From positions 32,798,001 through 32,862,000 of the forward strand of contig OZ260665.1 in the NCBI GenBank assembly GCA_965285935.1: DNA of 64,000 nt, written 5' to 3'. Shown piece by piece: positions 11,106 through 25,489 of this stretch. The stretch comes from Ophelia neglecta (taxonomy: Eukaryota). The stretch's first letter is position 1. Each line of letters begins with the position of its first letter. The notes under the pieces were generated by a model. It searched no databases, had not been told where the DNA came from, and worked only from the letters and a program-made list of their open reading frames with translations. The position numbers and the translations under genes were made by a program.

Positions 11106-13706
11106 AGTGAAGGTCGATTTCTTCCGTAGCTTGTTCTAGTGGGAGCTGTAAAATGAATCTTTGCATATCAGGTGATCAGTCAGTTTCTGCCCTTGACAGC
11201 TTAAAAATGGCCCGTATAAAGCCTACGTAGAGGGGGGGGGGGGTTATTTGCTCATTGGGGTGTTTGTAAAAAATCCCTGGTCATTTATGCCGTTCCTTGT
11301 TCTAAGTCATTGTAATTACAAATAAATGGTGGAGATTCAACCACATTTTTTCCCCACCTACCTCTGTTTTACAAGCATTCATCATATAGGGAAAATGATA
11401 GGTATCGTAGCAAGGCGCTATTCGTCTAAGTCTATACTTTGTTTAATTCTACTGGTGTTAACTAGTTTGATCAAGTCAAAATGACCCGAGGAATGGCGAG
11501 GGTAATACAAACGTATCTCAGTTTTTAAAGTTAGACATCAAAAGACATTCGAGGCAGCTGCCTACAAATACCTGTATGCGTGTGACATATGGCTATAGAT
11601 TTTTTGTGTTGACCTTCAAGTCTCGAGTCATATTTATTTCGACCATCACGAGAAGATGTACAGGAAGCACGCAAGCAATTTGACATAACTAGGGCCTATC
11701 GCTATGTGAGCGTTTATCAATATATTGGAACTAATAAAAACATCGCCCGTAAGGTTGTGTGCTTTGGGAACTAGACAGAATTATTGGATAATGACGGACT
11801 GCGTCTAATCTGTATAAGAACTTTACATTTACCAAGCATTGGAGAAGAAAAAAGACGCATCTGCAAGGCCACATATACCAAAGCTCAGCAGTATGAGTGA
11901 AACGTATATCATCAAAAAAACACTTTATCTGAATTTTCTTTGACGTGTAGAATGTCCAGCGAGTTCTTTTAAAATGTGACGAGCCTTTCCAGGTATACAG
12001 ACACACTGATCCTTTACTGTACAATTAAGCTAAAAGATGGTAAACAGAAGGTATATTTTTTTCTCGAGTAGCTTAATATATTTTCGGTGACTGGCCATTA
12101 CTCAAACTCAATTCATGTTTCCTGCAGTAGGAAGTGGGTCGGTCCAGGCCGGAAGGTTGCTATATCATAGTCATTGTTTTGTTACTCGGCCCACAAAATA
12201 TTATTGACTTGTTTGAAATATGACGCTCAACTTCCCATCACATACATGCCATTGCGCGATGTAGTGCTTACGTGCTCGGCAATTCCCATATTTATTTGTT
12301 TGAAAGAAAAAGACCAACTCGTTAGTTTGCAGAAGCAATAGACCTACTCAGCAGCCAAATTTAGAATAACGCATAAACGTTTGATTATCTTATGGTAGAT
12401 AGAACTCACTTAGGGCATTAGTGGGAGTAATCTCGGATGAGTTTTTGAGACCACGTGATTTTCTTTTGAGATTTTTAACCCGGGGTCATGTGTGTGCGGT
12501 TATTTTCAATGAATAAATGAATGTTTATGTACATATACGCGATAAAATTCCCTGGAAGTTTAGGCGACTAATACCACTCTAAAACATCAACAACATAAAT
12601 TATTATTTCGGAAGATTCTTTGCCCAATTAATGTCACTCGCGCTACCAGTGTACTTACAATGTGCGTGAACTGTCACAGCTTGTTAGACGAAACACGCGG
12701 AATGGATTGCCTGCCCATTCTATTCCATAGTGGCCACCACTGATTTCTACTTGATTAGGCGTCTTAATGCCTCAGGATATTACCATGATCAGCAAAATCC
12801 GGATGGCGAAGGATGATAATAGTCCCTTTTTTATTGAATGATCCACATTTAGAACCAGTGTAATGTGTCAATGGTTTGTTTGCCTGCTTGTCACAAGGTA
12901 ATTTAGAAAAGTCAAATAATGGGCAAAATATCATCTTATTATTTTTGTTATCATTTTATTACTATTACTTCGTTTTTATAATAATTATCAATATTATTAT
13001 TATTAATTCTCCATATTGCCCCTAACCACCTTAGATTAAATAATAAACTGAGCCTTAAATAATTCAATTTGATAAGGACACATCAAACACATTATATACA
13101 TGATTAGAAATAAAAACATTATATAAGAAACTAACTCATCAAAAATAGTACGCGCAACTGGTTAACTACAGTAACATTACGGTAATGGGCTACAGTGTCC
13201 CAAAAGTAGACAGCCAACTACCGTAATGCTCGAATTGAGAAAAAATGAGGCGCCTATGAAAAAGCCATCTTAGAAAATAAGTTTCAGTCTAATTAACAAA
13301 TGAATGGAAATTGTAGAGGGATAAAATGTCAATATCTACATGAAAAAATGTCAAAGCTAAGGGGCAATAAATGAAAAAAGTCCTTTTATGTTTTGGTTGT
13401 ACAGTGTATGGACCATACTGGTTGGCGGGAACCCTTATGATGGCTAAACACTATTTAAATGTATCTTAGAGGGTGATGGTGGATTCCAGCGATCAACGTA
13501 CGGAGAGTAAAGTTTTATACCAATTAATTTGCAGTAGATTGAAATCAAAAGCATACAATGCATACGTAAGTACCTAAGAGCTACAAGTAGCACTTCTGGG
13601 GAATGTAGTGCAATTATCCCGAAACCGTGGTCGAGAATACTGATCGTATACATTTCCTTTTTTAAACAGTCCTATCCTTTGGCCCTCCCATAAGATAAAC
13701 TAGAGG

Positions 13707-14202
13707 TAGCTCCAAATTGGATCTCTAATGGGTGTGTATAGTACGGTTGTCACCCTTAGAGCTCCAATACGAGCCTATACATTTTCCTACCGAGCTATTC
13801 TTCCCGATTCCGTAACCCAAAGATTTCCGCTCCTGTACGCGTCGGGTCGTCTTTATATGAACATTTTTGAAATCCTTGGGTGCTATTCTTCAAATAATGA
13901 TAAATCACCGCCATTAATTTGTCGAACTCTGACAAAAAACCGGGTTTATGTACGCTATTCAGTACTTCAGTTGTTTTGAAGCAGACTACCAAAATGGTGG
14001 TCGACCAATGTCATGTGACCGCTAGCGAGACCTTGCGTGAGATGTAAATAGAAGCACATGACACCCATGCTGTGACCTCACACTGAACTGCCCTTGAGCG
14101 CATTCGCACATGTAATACTACTCAAGAAGACTTGTAATCCCAATCATCTGTTAGCTCCAAATTATCTCTTTAATTGGTGTATAGTGCGGTTGTCTCCTCA
14201 GA
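13707..14202 (+). repeat. Pair of ~52-bp diverged direct repeats (13707-13760, 14152-14202)
   Basis: tagctccaaattggatctctaatgggtgtgtatagtacggttgtcacccttaga versus tagctccaaattatctctttaattggtgtatagtgcggttgtctcctcaga. Confidence 0.8.
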
Positions 14203-15239
14203 AGCATCGTTCATATTCATATTACCGCAGTTGACATGCTATACGATCACTCCATTGTGTGGCGCGTTTTTTTAGGCTTAGCCAATGAAATGTCTTGATT
14301 CGGTCACATGAGTTGTACGAGCCTTGTAAGTCATGTGACAAAAAAAATCATGTGATATCATCATGGCTGCCACGAGATTACGAGCAGACGGCAAATACTG
14401 GTCGTCTAAGGTTGGATTTTTAGAGCATTCAACACCTATTTGGTAGAACCAAACACACGACCAGACAAAACAAAGGTTAATGTATTTGAAAATAACATTT
14501 ATTTGCCGGGGAAAACTAATTCATGAAATAATATCTCAGTACATAAATATTGGGGTTCGTGCTGCAGCTCCAAGGCAATATTGTCAGTAACGCCCAAGCC
14601 GTTGGGGCTGCAAACTGTAGCTAAACTAGAGGGTGAGACAATTGGTTGGGCCAACGTATTCCGGTAGATTGATATTTGAACCTAGATTACTTTCTTCACT
14701 AGGACTATAGTTATACTAGTTTTAAGTGTCTTTGGAAAAACTTTATCCTTGTAGGAAGTCTGTGCGACGGATCACATATTAATCAATAAACGGCGATAAA
14801 CCACACAGCGTCAACAGGCCAGTTCGGATGTGACGTCGAGGTCTAATAAAGCTATCACCTAACTACAGTAGGTTAAAGTCAGACATATTCGCACGTATTT
14901 TGATTGCCCGCAGTGTCGGTGTAGCAGAGACGATGCCCCTGCTATGCTGAGCAGAACTGGGCTTCGTTCAGAGATAAGCACAGCATGCTTTGATGTGCTT
15001 CGCAACACAAGCACGCAGACATCAGAAACAGTTAATATTAAACCGTGATGATGTCTACATTCAGTTTCACCCAGTCAAAAACATGGCGCTCTTCAGCAGT
15101 GATTTGATTACAAGCACATAATCGTTTATAAGTTAAAGAAAAAGCAAAAACAAATCCCCCCTATACTATATAGCGTGTTTGGGGGATTTTATATAGAATG
15201 TAATTATGCTTTTATTTCTCTACCACCCTGACACAAGAA

Positions 15240-15545
15240 CCTGCGGTGACAAGGGGCCATCTGTTAAGCAAGATCATGAGGCGAATCTACATGGGAATCT
15301 ACAAAAGCAGCTAGAAGAAATGTGTAAAATAGATGGATCCTGAGATCACCAGAGCTCGGAGGTTATAGAGACAACAGCGTTAACACGGAACAAGTTTTAC
15401 GTAGCCTTGGGAGCAGGCATGGAACCAACATCTGACAGGAGATCACCCAAGCTATGTGTAGGCGGCTAGTCGCTTCTCACTGACAAGAAATACATCACAT
15501 TTATGCCGATGGGTTGAATATTTCAACCTGAACCTCAATGTACAA
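15240..15545 (+). mobile_element. RTE-like LINE fragment (endonuclease-RT linker)
   Basis: 15473-15539 reads LLTDKKYITFM, frameshift, RWVEYFNLNLN, resembling the RTE linker LLTDK..I..RW.EYF..LLN. The left boundary is approximate. Confidence 0.45.
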
Positions 15546-18489
15546 TCCAATACTGTAACAGTACAATAATTATTGACTCAGACGAAAATAGGGCATGACT
15601 AGCGCTGTGCAAGAAGGCTTAGCCACTTTTTTTTAGATGATTCATAATACGTAAAACACAACTGGTTGACACTTGTGCCCGCCAGGATAGCCACGATTTT
15701 TTAATGCGAGGCCCGACGTTATACATTTAAAAGACGACGCTTGCTCTTTCAACCTCCGACGCTGCGAGGCGAGTATAATCTTACCCAGGGAGGCACGGAG
15801 AATCTCTTTAAGGGGCCCATGTACACTCACCTAACTAATCACAGCTGACGATTTAAAATCAGAGGGGCTGCCAAGTGGAATTTGGTTTATTTCACATTGG
15901 ATGAGATTTTCGAAAGTCAACCACAGAACATATCAAAAGCTTATAAACAATGTTAATAATTATTGAAAGAAACTATAATACATTTAAAACGTGTCACTTA
16001 TCTGCATCCAACTGAATCAAATGTAATTGCCTTCAATTGTGAAAGTCTAATCTGCAAATCAAATCGTGGAGAGATGAAAATAACTGAGATGCTTTAGACG
16101 TTTGTCTCAAATCGAATAAAAAGAAATGTAATCATCTATTTGCTTTCTGTCAAGAACTAAAATGTGTTCGTTATAATGTTTAGAGACATAATTATTATAA
16201 CGTATAGGCTCTATTGTCGAGATGGTTATAAAACATGACTAAATATTGCACACAGTTTTTGTTTTTCATAAAGAATTCACTTCCTTCCAATTTAAAACAG
16301 CTCGCTTTTCTGAAAATGATTGTCACCCGATTTAATGCTCAAATAAACTGTTTGATTGCTGGAAAGGCATTCGCTTTTGAAAATAGTTTTCTTTTTTGGT
16401 TTATATCTGCCATATGAAGACCTTTGACAATCAAGTAGGGTTATTAAAGAATAATCTATCAAATAAAAAAACATGAAATTTTCTCAGCCATAACACTATA
16501 CCAAACAGTCAGTGAATCTAAACTGACCAACATGGCTGCATACACTAGAAGGTATGAAAAACCCTTACTCTACCTGGTACCCACAATTTAATGCACTACG
16601 ACATGCATGTGCTGGGCCAAATGGTGAAACATGTCTCAAAAGGAGCTGTAGGCAAACTTCCCTTTATGCCTGGAACAGCAGAGATATTAAACAACTCATC
16701 AGTGGCAAAATCCCTTCGATGGAACCCCAGGTGATGCCTACAAAACAGGTGAAATCCCAAAGGTTTGACATAATTTCATGTGGCTGTATATAAAACCATG
16801 TGTAATTAAGTTAAACTTGTCACCAAACCGGAAATATTTGTCTTCCTTAGTCTTTCTTACTGTTATTTTTCAGGTCTTCGACTTTCGCGCCCACCTATCC
16901 AATTGCGTTAACTGCGTAATTTTAGTTCGATCAAATGCAACTATTGTTTAATTGACGTTGAAAATTCAAATCATCTGTGATTTATGCATTCAGTTCAAAT
17001 GGGGTTTGAAATAAATAACATGCAATAAATTGAAATAAATATGAGGAGTAGCCTATTATCATTAATATATACACACGAAGAATGATATATATGTATACGT
17101 ATTGCAATGGCTACCGTTTGAACACAGGATTAATTTTTGTAAAAATAACTCCTCAACCTTGACTTATAGCTCGTATTTCGTAAGGCTATTGTTTGTTTTT
17201 ATTCCGATTAGATACCAGCCCCTACTCTCCTAACGTTACTCTTCCCACTATTAACTAGTAGTCAGCAACCCCTAAAATAGACTTTTAACTACACATTACT
17301 GACCAGATTATCGCAATGTATAACTGAAACCTCTATCATACAATTGACTCAGTTGTAAGGTCAATGCGGTGACTTTGTGGTTGGTTGATATATGTATGGT
17401 CATATTTCGGAATTTTGCCCTGATACCTGATTCCTGGGGAACCGATTTCAAAATATTTACTCGTGAAATAAGAGTCTATCAAAATACTCAAATTTTACAA
17501 TCTTTATAAATATTAATCGTATTTCAAACATTTTGCCATGGTTAAAGGAAAGCATTTCCCAAATGTTTACTCATTAAGCAAGGGTCCGTCTTTCAAATAT
17601 TTTGAAATAGATTTTTTATAAGTTCATGTGTCCATAAACATGAATTCACAGTATACGTGTGAAAAGCAAATAGATGTGATGCCAATATCCTATTCTTTTA
17701 TGAAAATTATTTGAAAATTATTTGCTAAATAGTATATCCCACAAGTCAAATAAGTAAAAAAGCGTCATTAATTTACAGTCCCATTCCGGAGAATTTCTTG
17801 TTGTCTTTCATCACCACTGTTTAAGGTAAGCCCTGGGATAATTGGTTATATACGCATACTCGTGTCACATGATCTTTTTGCGATTTTCAAGTTGGCATGA
17901 ACATAGCCTGTTGTGAGGCGCTGAGGGAACACCCTTCATCCTATAGCAGGCCAAAGAAGTGTGCACAGACAATATCGAGCGACTCAGGTGCCAAGTTAAT
18001 CGTGTAAGACCAGTCTCCTACAGGGTGCTCTCCACGGGGCCAGGTCTTGTGCCCATCCTTAATTCAATCTGATCACAAATGCGAGTACAGTCTCTTGGGC
18101 TTTTAAAAACTTGCTCCGTATGAAAGAGCAGTCATGATGACCATCCAACTAGAAATCATTAACATGCAGAACTGTCTCACATAGCGTGTTCCCAGTGAAG
18201 GGTCTTGATTGGATTCATTTGAATGTTTGTCAAAATGAAACAAAGCTTCTTCCCGGCTCCACTATTCCCAGTGTGTATTAATTAACACCAGAAATGACCT
18301 GGGCGTGCATTGCTTTTTCAGACAAAGCACTGCATGCACTCTTTAAAGGGTCTTCCCTCACCTTGCCCGGGGCCCGATCGAAAGTGGTATCGCCCGCCCG
18401 CCACCCCAACCGGCTGAGATGCTAGAGTGAAAATGATCAACGTAATTACAGATAAATCGGGCCAGCGATATGTGGTCATGTCAGAGCCA

Positions 18490-18836
18490 CTGGGATTATT
18501 ACAGTGGCTTCATTCGGGGATGCTCCGCAGCTTTGAAAATGGGGGTCATTATGTAAAAATTCTCTAAAGGGTACCCATTTGATAGAACATTTATCGAAAA
18601 TGTACCCGATTGATTGATAATCGTCAGAAAACTGAAAATTACACCCCTTTAATAGGCATAGAAATTTGATGACTCATTTGATATAGCTTAATTGTGAAAA
18701 ATTGGTGCCATTTGATAGGATTTTTATGAAAAAAAAAGAAATTATTTTTGATAGGGAAAATTCTTGGAAAAAAAGACACCCTTTCCGCGGGGCATACCTA
18801 CCCATGGCATACATGGGACCCCCCGCCCCTGGGGGT
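18490..18836. mobile_element. Non-autonomous DNA-transposon/MITE-like element with internal sub-repeats
   Basis: About six degenerate copies of (a)cccatttgatagg at 30-40 bp spacing (near 18573, 18604, 18643, 18673, 18707, 18745). A C/G-run end (catgggacccccccgcccctgggg) and an internal ggggatgctccgc motif resemble abundant marine-invertebrate elements. The left TIR is not clearly preserved. Confidence 0.45.
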
Positions 18837-20281
18837 TCATTACTCTGAGATTGGCGGTCTTTTTACCAGCATAATGACCGCGATAAACGTGCACGTTTTT
18901 TCCAGGGCCATGCTTCATCCTTTTAACCCGACTGTTAAGTGCTTTGGATTTTCATCAAGTTCTTTAGAAACACATTATATTGGTTCTGTCCCAAAATGCT
19001 TCTTTAAAGTCAACGAAGCTCTATACTATCAGAAAAACTGATAAGATATCAGACAGAGAAAGAAGGATATTTTATTTTATCCTTTATTGCACGAGTGCCG
19101 ACATGACCTTTCAGATTTGTAGCTTTGTGACATTATTTCAGAATGTATTATTCCGCGATTTGAAGGTTATGCATCGACTGAGCACGGTGCACCACTATTT
19201 TAGAATTGTGTCCACCAGCGAATTAATTGTCCACAGTATTCCTGCAGAAAATGGTGGTCTGATCACGAGTTAAGAGCAATGTCCCGATTCTCACGTTTAT
19301 CATTATATATGAAATAATGCATTTTAAAAAGGAATTCACTGAATCTATCTTAGTGTTAAGATTTAGTTGAAAAGTTCCTGATTTTACTCTGTGTTGCTAT
19401 GTAAGAGATTGCGACCAATCAAATGACTCATTTACTTAAATTTAGATTTAAATTATATGTGCGCCTTAGTCCATCCCTGAATGGCAGGGTAATTAACCAA
19501 AAAGAAAATATGGTTTAAATAGATTAGGAAAGCAAATTACCAAGAGAAAAGGAATGGCCTAATCGATTTTTATAATCGATAAAGAATGCGTTAGGAACCA
19601 AGATGACTAGCTTTATTGGACTTGTCAAAGTCTGTGAAAATAACTAACAAATGAGAAAAAAGTCTGCCGACGTCCGCGGTTATAGGGGAAAGCGGAGCAA
19701 CCCACACATGCTAAGGAGGAAAGTAAATCGTCTGCATACAAAATATATATTTGGGAGTGTTTTATTGCCCAAGATGGCACTGGTAAAAGATAAACAAAGA
19801 TAACTGAATTTATATATTAAATTATTCTAATTTGTTGATTCAAAGTAGTTATAGGTATGTTTTGATAATACAACACCCAAAAAGTGTATATTTAGTAGCT
19901 AGTTATATTCTCTTCATTAGGCCTATATCATTTGTAATTTCAAAGTGGCTTGTGCCTTTCCTTATTATCAAGACCAATCCCGTAATGAAAGAATACTTCT
20001 ATTACACCTATTTGTCAATATGAATTGTGATGGGCGTTTCCGTGGCTATACGTGTTGTCCGAAAAGTAGGATTGGGCACGGAGACGGAAATTACCATGTC
20101 AAGTCATAGCAGTATATAAACAGAGTCGCTAGTCACTATTTTATATTCATAAGCTTCTGTATTGTTCTACACTGACAATCCTTTAAAAGCTTCGTAAAAA
20201 AGACTAACTGATATTTGCCAGAAAATAACTTAAACTAAGCAGTGTTTCTCCCTTATTTAAGACAGGGTGCTCCGCGCAAAG

Positions 20282-21680
20282 AATTCTGTTTGATACATTT
20301 CTAATGAAAATGATGCTTAAATGAACCGTGTTCATAATCTTGTCGAATTGCACATCTTCAGTCTGGCTGTCGCGTAGCTACAAACTAGCATCTCGGAAGC
20401 CCAGCGAGCAGGTGATTTTTAAACTACGGCCCCTCAACTGCTTGAAGGTCACCGTTTATATAAATATATATAATTTGTTACAGGATAACAACTAGGAGGG
20501 TAGTTCTTGGTCTGCAATTTATGATTATAATTGACCGAAGAAGTTTTCCATTTTCCCATCCATTGTTGAAACCAGACATGACCAAAGCTATAATAGAACA
20601 ATGAAAACATGCGCACTCTATTGGCCAAAGTTTTTCATTGCCCTCAGGATCCTTTAATATATTGCAACACGGCTAGACAGTCTGTCATTTTCAATCTCCA
20701 TTAACGTGAGCCAATATTCTACACATATAAATAGACAGCGAGTACCTTTAAACGGGTTGAAGTACACCATTCTCCCGGCTGTATGGCTCTGATAACCTTT
20801 CCTCCGGACAACCTCAGTTGCTTGCCTGTATCAGATTGAATACCAGTCTCAGCCTCTAGAAACGAAAGACTTCGAAGCGGTGACAAGTGGCTCTGTCTAG
20901 TATAATCTGGACGATAATGCCAATACGGCCATAATCATAAGCGCTTATTCTTGTAACATGACTCACCGAGCGTTTTTTATAAGGGGCCCTTCGCTTTTTA
21001 ACTCGACCGCTGTCTATCATATCAGCTAGTAGACCATGCATAATATTAAATTACAAAACTGGATTCAGTTTATTCTTTGTTCAAACGGCCAATCGCCTTG
21101 ACTCCCAGAAAAGATGTGAAGACTTTCGCCATGAAACTTAATATAGAATCACATGTGGCATACAAGTTGATGCTTTAGATATGCTACCAGCGAAGGAGAA
21201 GTAATCTATTTTTTAGGACAAATGGTCAAAGCCCAGTTATAGATATATGTCTAAAGACGTTCTAGATGTGAAAAGTCTTCATGCTAACCGGTGTACCCAG
21301 TTCAGAGCGGCACGAATTCAATAGAACAGATACTATTAAGCAAAACTTGATGACTTATCGCTATAGGGTAATTTTGATTCCCCACAGCATACGAGTTACT
21401 ATATGTTTTAAGTAACGACGTTTTCTCCATATTTCCCAGCCATAAGAGACTGTCCTTCAATTTAATTACATGATATATCCACTGCCTTAATATATAAAAT
21501 TCTGTTTGATAAATAGAAATGTTTAATATATTTTTAATGAAAATGGAGCCTAAATGACTCGTTTTCTTAACTTTTTTTTATTACAATTCAAATATAGCAC
21601 ATCTTCGTGTCTGGTTGCCCTGTAGCTACAAACTTCCATCTCTACGTCCCTTAACTCCTTAAAGATGAGCGTCCATATTA
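20282..21680 (+). repeat. Pair of ~180-bp diverged direct repeats (about 20282-20460 and 21498-21680)
   Basis: Shared colinear blocks: aattctgtttgata, taatgaaaatg, taaatga, gcacatcttc, gtctgg.tg, gtagctacaaact..catctc, ctacg.ccc.t.aact.ctt.aa. Confidence 0.8.
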
Positions 21681-24600
21681 TACACCCAGCTAGATTCAGA
21701 ACTTCGGGTGACCATCTTGAGGTTTATGAACACATTCTTGTGTATCAAATTCAGGATAATATAAAAACTGTGTAATCAGTTCTCCCTGATTGTGATGTTT
21801 ATATTTGGACGTCATGATACAATTGAATTTAGGCCTATAATTAAATAAAACTTCTCAATATCCTAGCTTGGTCTTGAATAATGTTTTATTATTTAAATCC
21901 CCCCCCCCCCATCCTTTTTGCTACACGTCTCAATGTTTCGCTTTCATCCGTAAAATACAATTCTAATGTGGAAACACTTCTTTAACGGGAACATGAATAC
22001 GTCGTGTGTGTAACACAAAAAATCGATCTTCAAGAGATCAGCGTTTCTATATCACTTCGTTTGAATACGATCAGGATTGGCCATAGCAGGAGCTTAACCG
22101 GTAAATCTATTTTAACAGTAGATATTTTAATATTAAATGACTTTGAAAGTTTACATTTCTATTAATGCACACTTAAGTCAAAATTTTCCCCAAATAATGA
22201 CATTGATCTTAACTATGTTGGCCTCTGCTTCGAACAGTCATTCTGAATAGAAGTAATCTTATTTTAAATGGTGGGCTATATATATTTCCTCATTTAGACC
22301 TTATTTGTGTCCTTTGATACCTTATCTGACACACTCTCTGGTTTATCCTCCCTATTTGATGTCATGTGTTCTAATGAGGCAGAGCTCCTTGCCTCCAAAC
22401 CGTGCCTTTGTCTAAAGCTCCTTCCAAAGCAGAGCATGTTCCTAGCAAAAGGCTCTTACAAATCATGTCACTCCTGTAAAAATCCACCAGTCTGTTTGAG
22501 AGACACTCCTCAACCAAATCACTGAGTCTATGAATCATTACTCAACTCGTTGGAGGCTCGTGCCATCCATATAACAGTCTGTGAAATATGAAGTTTTATT
22601 ATATTAACTGAACTTTTTTACTCTATTTTCCTCATTTCAGATGCCTGTATGTCTTGTAATACATAGATACAACATTAAGAATGTACTCGATAAATTGTAT
22701 ACCAATATATCTCTTTCAAAAAGGAAGTTTCAAGTTAATGTTGTCAGGGTGCTCGGGCATTTGAAGCACCCTCTTCCTTCTGGACTGTCACGTGGTATTA
22801 CTCCAACCACGCGAGACTAACCGTAATCCTTGGACAAATCAGGAGGCCACCAGGAAATAATTCATCTCCAAACCCCTTTCCGGCCACTTATTCACTGATA
22901 TTATGAAATATATTTTCTTAAAACGTCAAAAGTGTGCTTGACGTGTTTATCATATTCCATGTAAATACTTTCAATGCTTACGATAATTTACCTGAAAGGA
23001 AAACGTGAACATTGTGCACAAAAGCATGGATATGCAGGAATAGTGCTTTGAGGATTCAAGTTACCTGTATGCTTTTTATATTCGTTAAGTATTAAATTCC
23101 CATCTAGTTTACTTCCAGACTCACAATGGCTGGCTTCTCACTTTCCTTAGGAAATAAAAAACTAACTCCAAAGTCAGTTTCCAAAGTGCAAGGTTGCAGG
23201 GCGACTTTTTCCTGAAAGTATTTACGAACCCCTTCTGGATACTTTCAACATGTAATGATTCTATAGCCGAATCCCATGACGTAATCGTTTTTAAATACTC
23301 TAAACCGTCTCCGGCAGATGAGACAGACGAAAGTCTATAGTTTAAGAGCGGACGTGACAATAGGACCAAGGGTATTAAAAGTGGAAGATGGAACGGAGGA
23401 TTTTACGTGGCTAGGGGTCCCATGTAAGGCATAACTTAAATGTACCAATGTATAAAAAATGCTCACGGACATTCTTTGGGTTGGACACAAAATCAGTTTG
23501 TGGGTCGTAAGTTTTGGGAATATTTATATTCAGTCATGGACATATTATGTTCCTTTGACTGCCTTTATGTTTTGTCGCGTTTCCCACAAGAAGGACTCTG
23601 TCATCAATCACATTTTGACAGCCTATTGATCCCTTGGCCTTTGATCTGAGTGAGCTGTTGTTGTTTTATCTACTTTCAATTTGTAAGACTAGTTAAACTC
23701 AGCTGTCTACACTAGTCGTAAGGCCAAAAATCCCCCCCCCCCCCTATTTAGTGTGTAGTACTCGTTAAACCTTACCACCAAGTCATTATCAGGTCTTTCT
23801 AAGTTTCAGTGTAATAATTGTTATACGAAGGTTTCATTAGTATTTATTTCGTTCATGGTTTCGGTTACAGATCCATCTTGAAAACGTTTTTATAGAAATG
23901 TGCAATACTAGTTTCGTATCAAACGTTTTCCAGCGAAATGAAGCTCGTCTAAATCGAGCGTGTAATAATAAAAGAAAGAATTTGAGTCACATTGCCAACG
24001 TTTATTTTTCGACCTTGATGGTGAATAGGACGCTGTTCTAAACCCAGGAGGCTACTGCCTAGAATATCTTATCGTCTGCACTCCTCGAAACGGAATAATT
24101 TAGTGATTGAGTGATTTTTGCCATAATTAGTCTACTATTTTGAAAGCTCTACAAGGCCGAATGCCAGCTTTGATTCCTGGTAGGAATGAATTATTAGTTG
24201 TTCAGTGATTAAAACCTCGTTAAACGCAGGAGGGCGGTAGTGGACTCTCGGCAGATAGAACTATATCATAGTCAAGAAAATATCCAGTAAATCTTCCGTT
24301 ATAAGGATAATCGAATAGAGTTATTTAATATAGGGAGAAAGCTTCGGTAGTAGGGCTCTCTTGGAGACAAATACCGGACCGCAGTAGAGGGGTTTTGGCT
24401 GTCCGGGTATCTGATTAGCCGTGCTACCTTAGTTTTTTGTGCATAAATTAAGCGGTGAGTTGTAGCAGGTGAACGCTTAAATTAAAAAAGATTATTAGTA
24501 CAGCCGACATTTGTAATTCGGCCAGCCTGAGCATATCTTTACTTAACCATGCAGAAATAATGATATTAATGAAAGTGAATCAATATTCATATAAATATAT

Positions 24601-25489
24601 TCTGTACATAAATGATAGTACTCAGTCTACCGTGGAAAAAATTAATCAAATAGACATGAGAAGCTTCTTGAAACGAGTAGAAAGCTCGACCAATACAACT
24701 TACAATATTTCATAAGACCTGTGGCTAAACATATTTGTTTACTCCAGAATGCGTTTCCTGATGGTCCTTTTTTTGAATTAATGATTTAGGATTGTCGAAC
24801 ATATCTACTGTTGCTTTTTTAATTACATGTAGTATTATTGCCAATTTACACACGTTCATGTTCTACAGATACTGATATAACGACCATGCGTGAGATTTTA
24901 TCATTTACAAACCTTTTTTCTCAATTCTTGTGAATATATGGCGCAAATTGTATGATTTGACAGTAGCGGTATAAGGCATAGTAAAGTTATATTAGATAAG
25001 ATGTATGAATCTTTCAGATTAATGTTTGACACTTTTCCATGGGGATATAATATACAAAATTCAATCAAACAGTGTGCATGGTATCCTTGAACTCGTCCGT
25101 ATTGGAGTCGTTGGCGATACATAGCTAGCTCAATGTCACTTTAGTTGCACAATTGCTGAATTTGTCTCGTGTTTTGATATTAAATTGCCGGTATATTTAA
25201 TAAAGGTTCAAGTTCAAATTGCTTCACGACCGTACCTGGACAACTTTGTTCGACTTGCTAAACAAGTGTGCTTTTTAAGCGTTGTCTTTACAGAAAAAAC
25301 TGGCGCTGGATTATTCTTTACAAAATGCAGGAGTGGGTACCGGGATGCTAATCTAAACATAAAATTGAACTTTCTCATTCATGAGATTTAAGAGTCTCAG
25401 TCTCCGGTATTTCTTATTAAATTTAACAGTACCTGTCCAAAATATCTTTAAAAAAAATCACAACCCAATAATTTTTTTCATCGAGTTAC

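Noticed and set aside
15064-15096. Minus-strand CTGAAGA...GAAAC hammerhead candidate
   Set aside because: Stem II is imperfect and no stem I complement follows the putative cleavage site.
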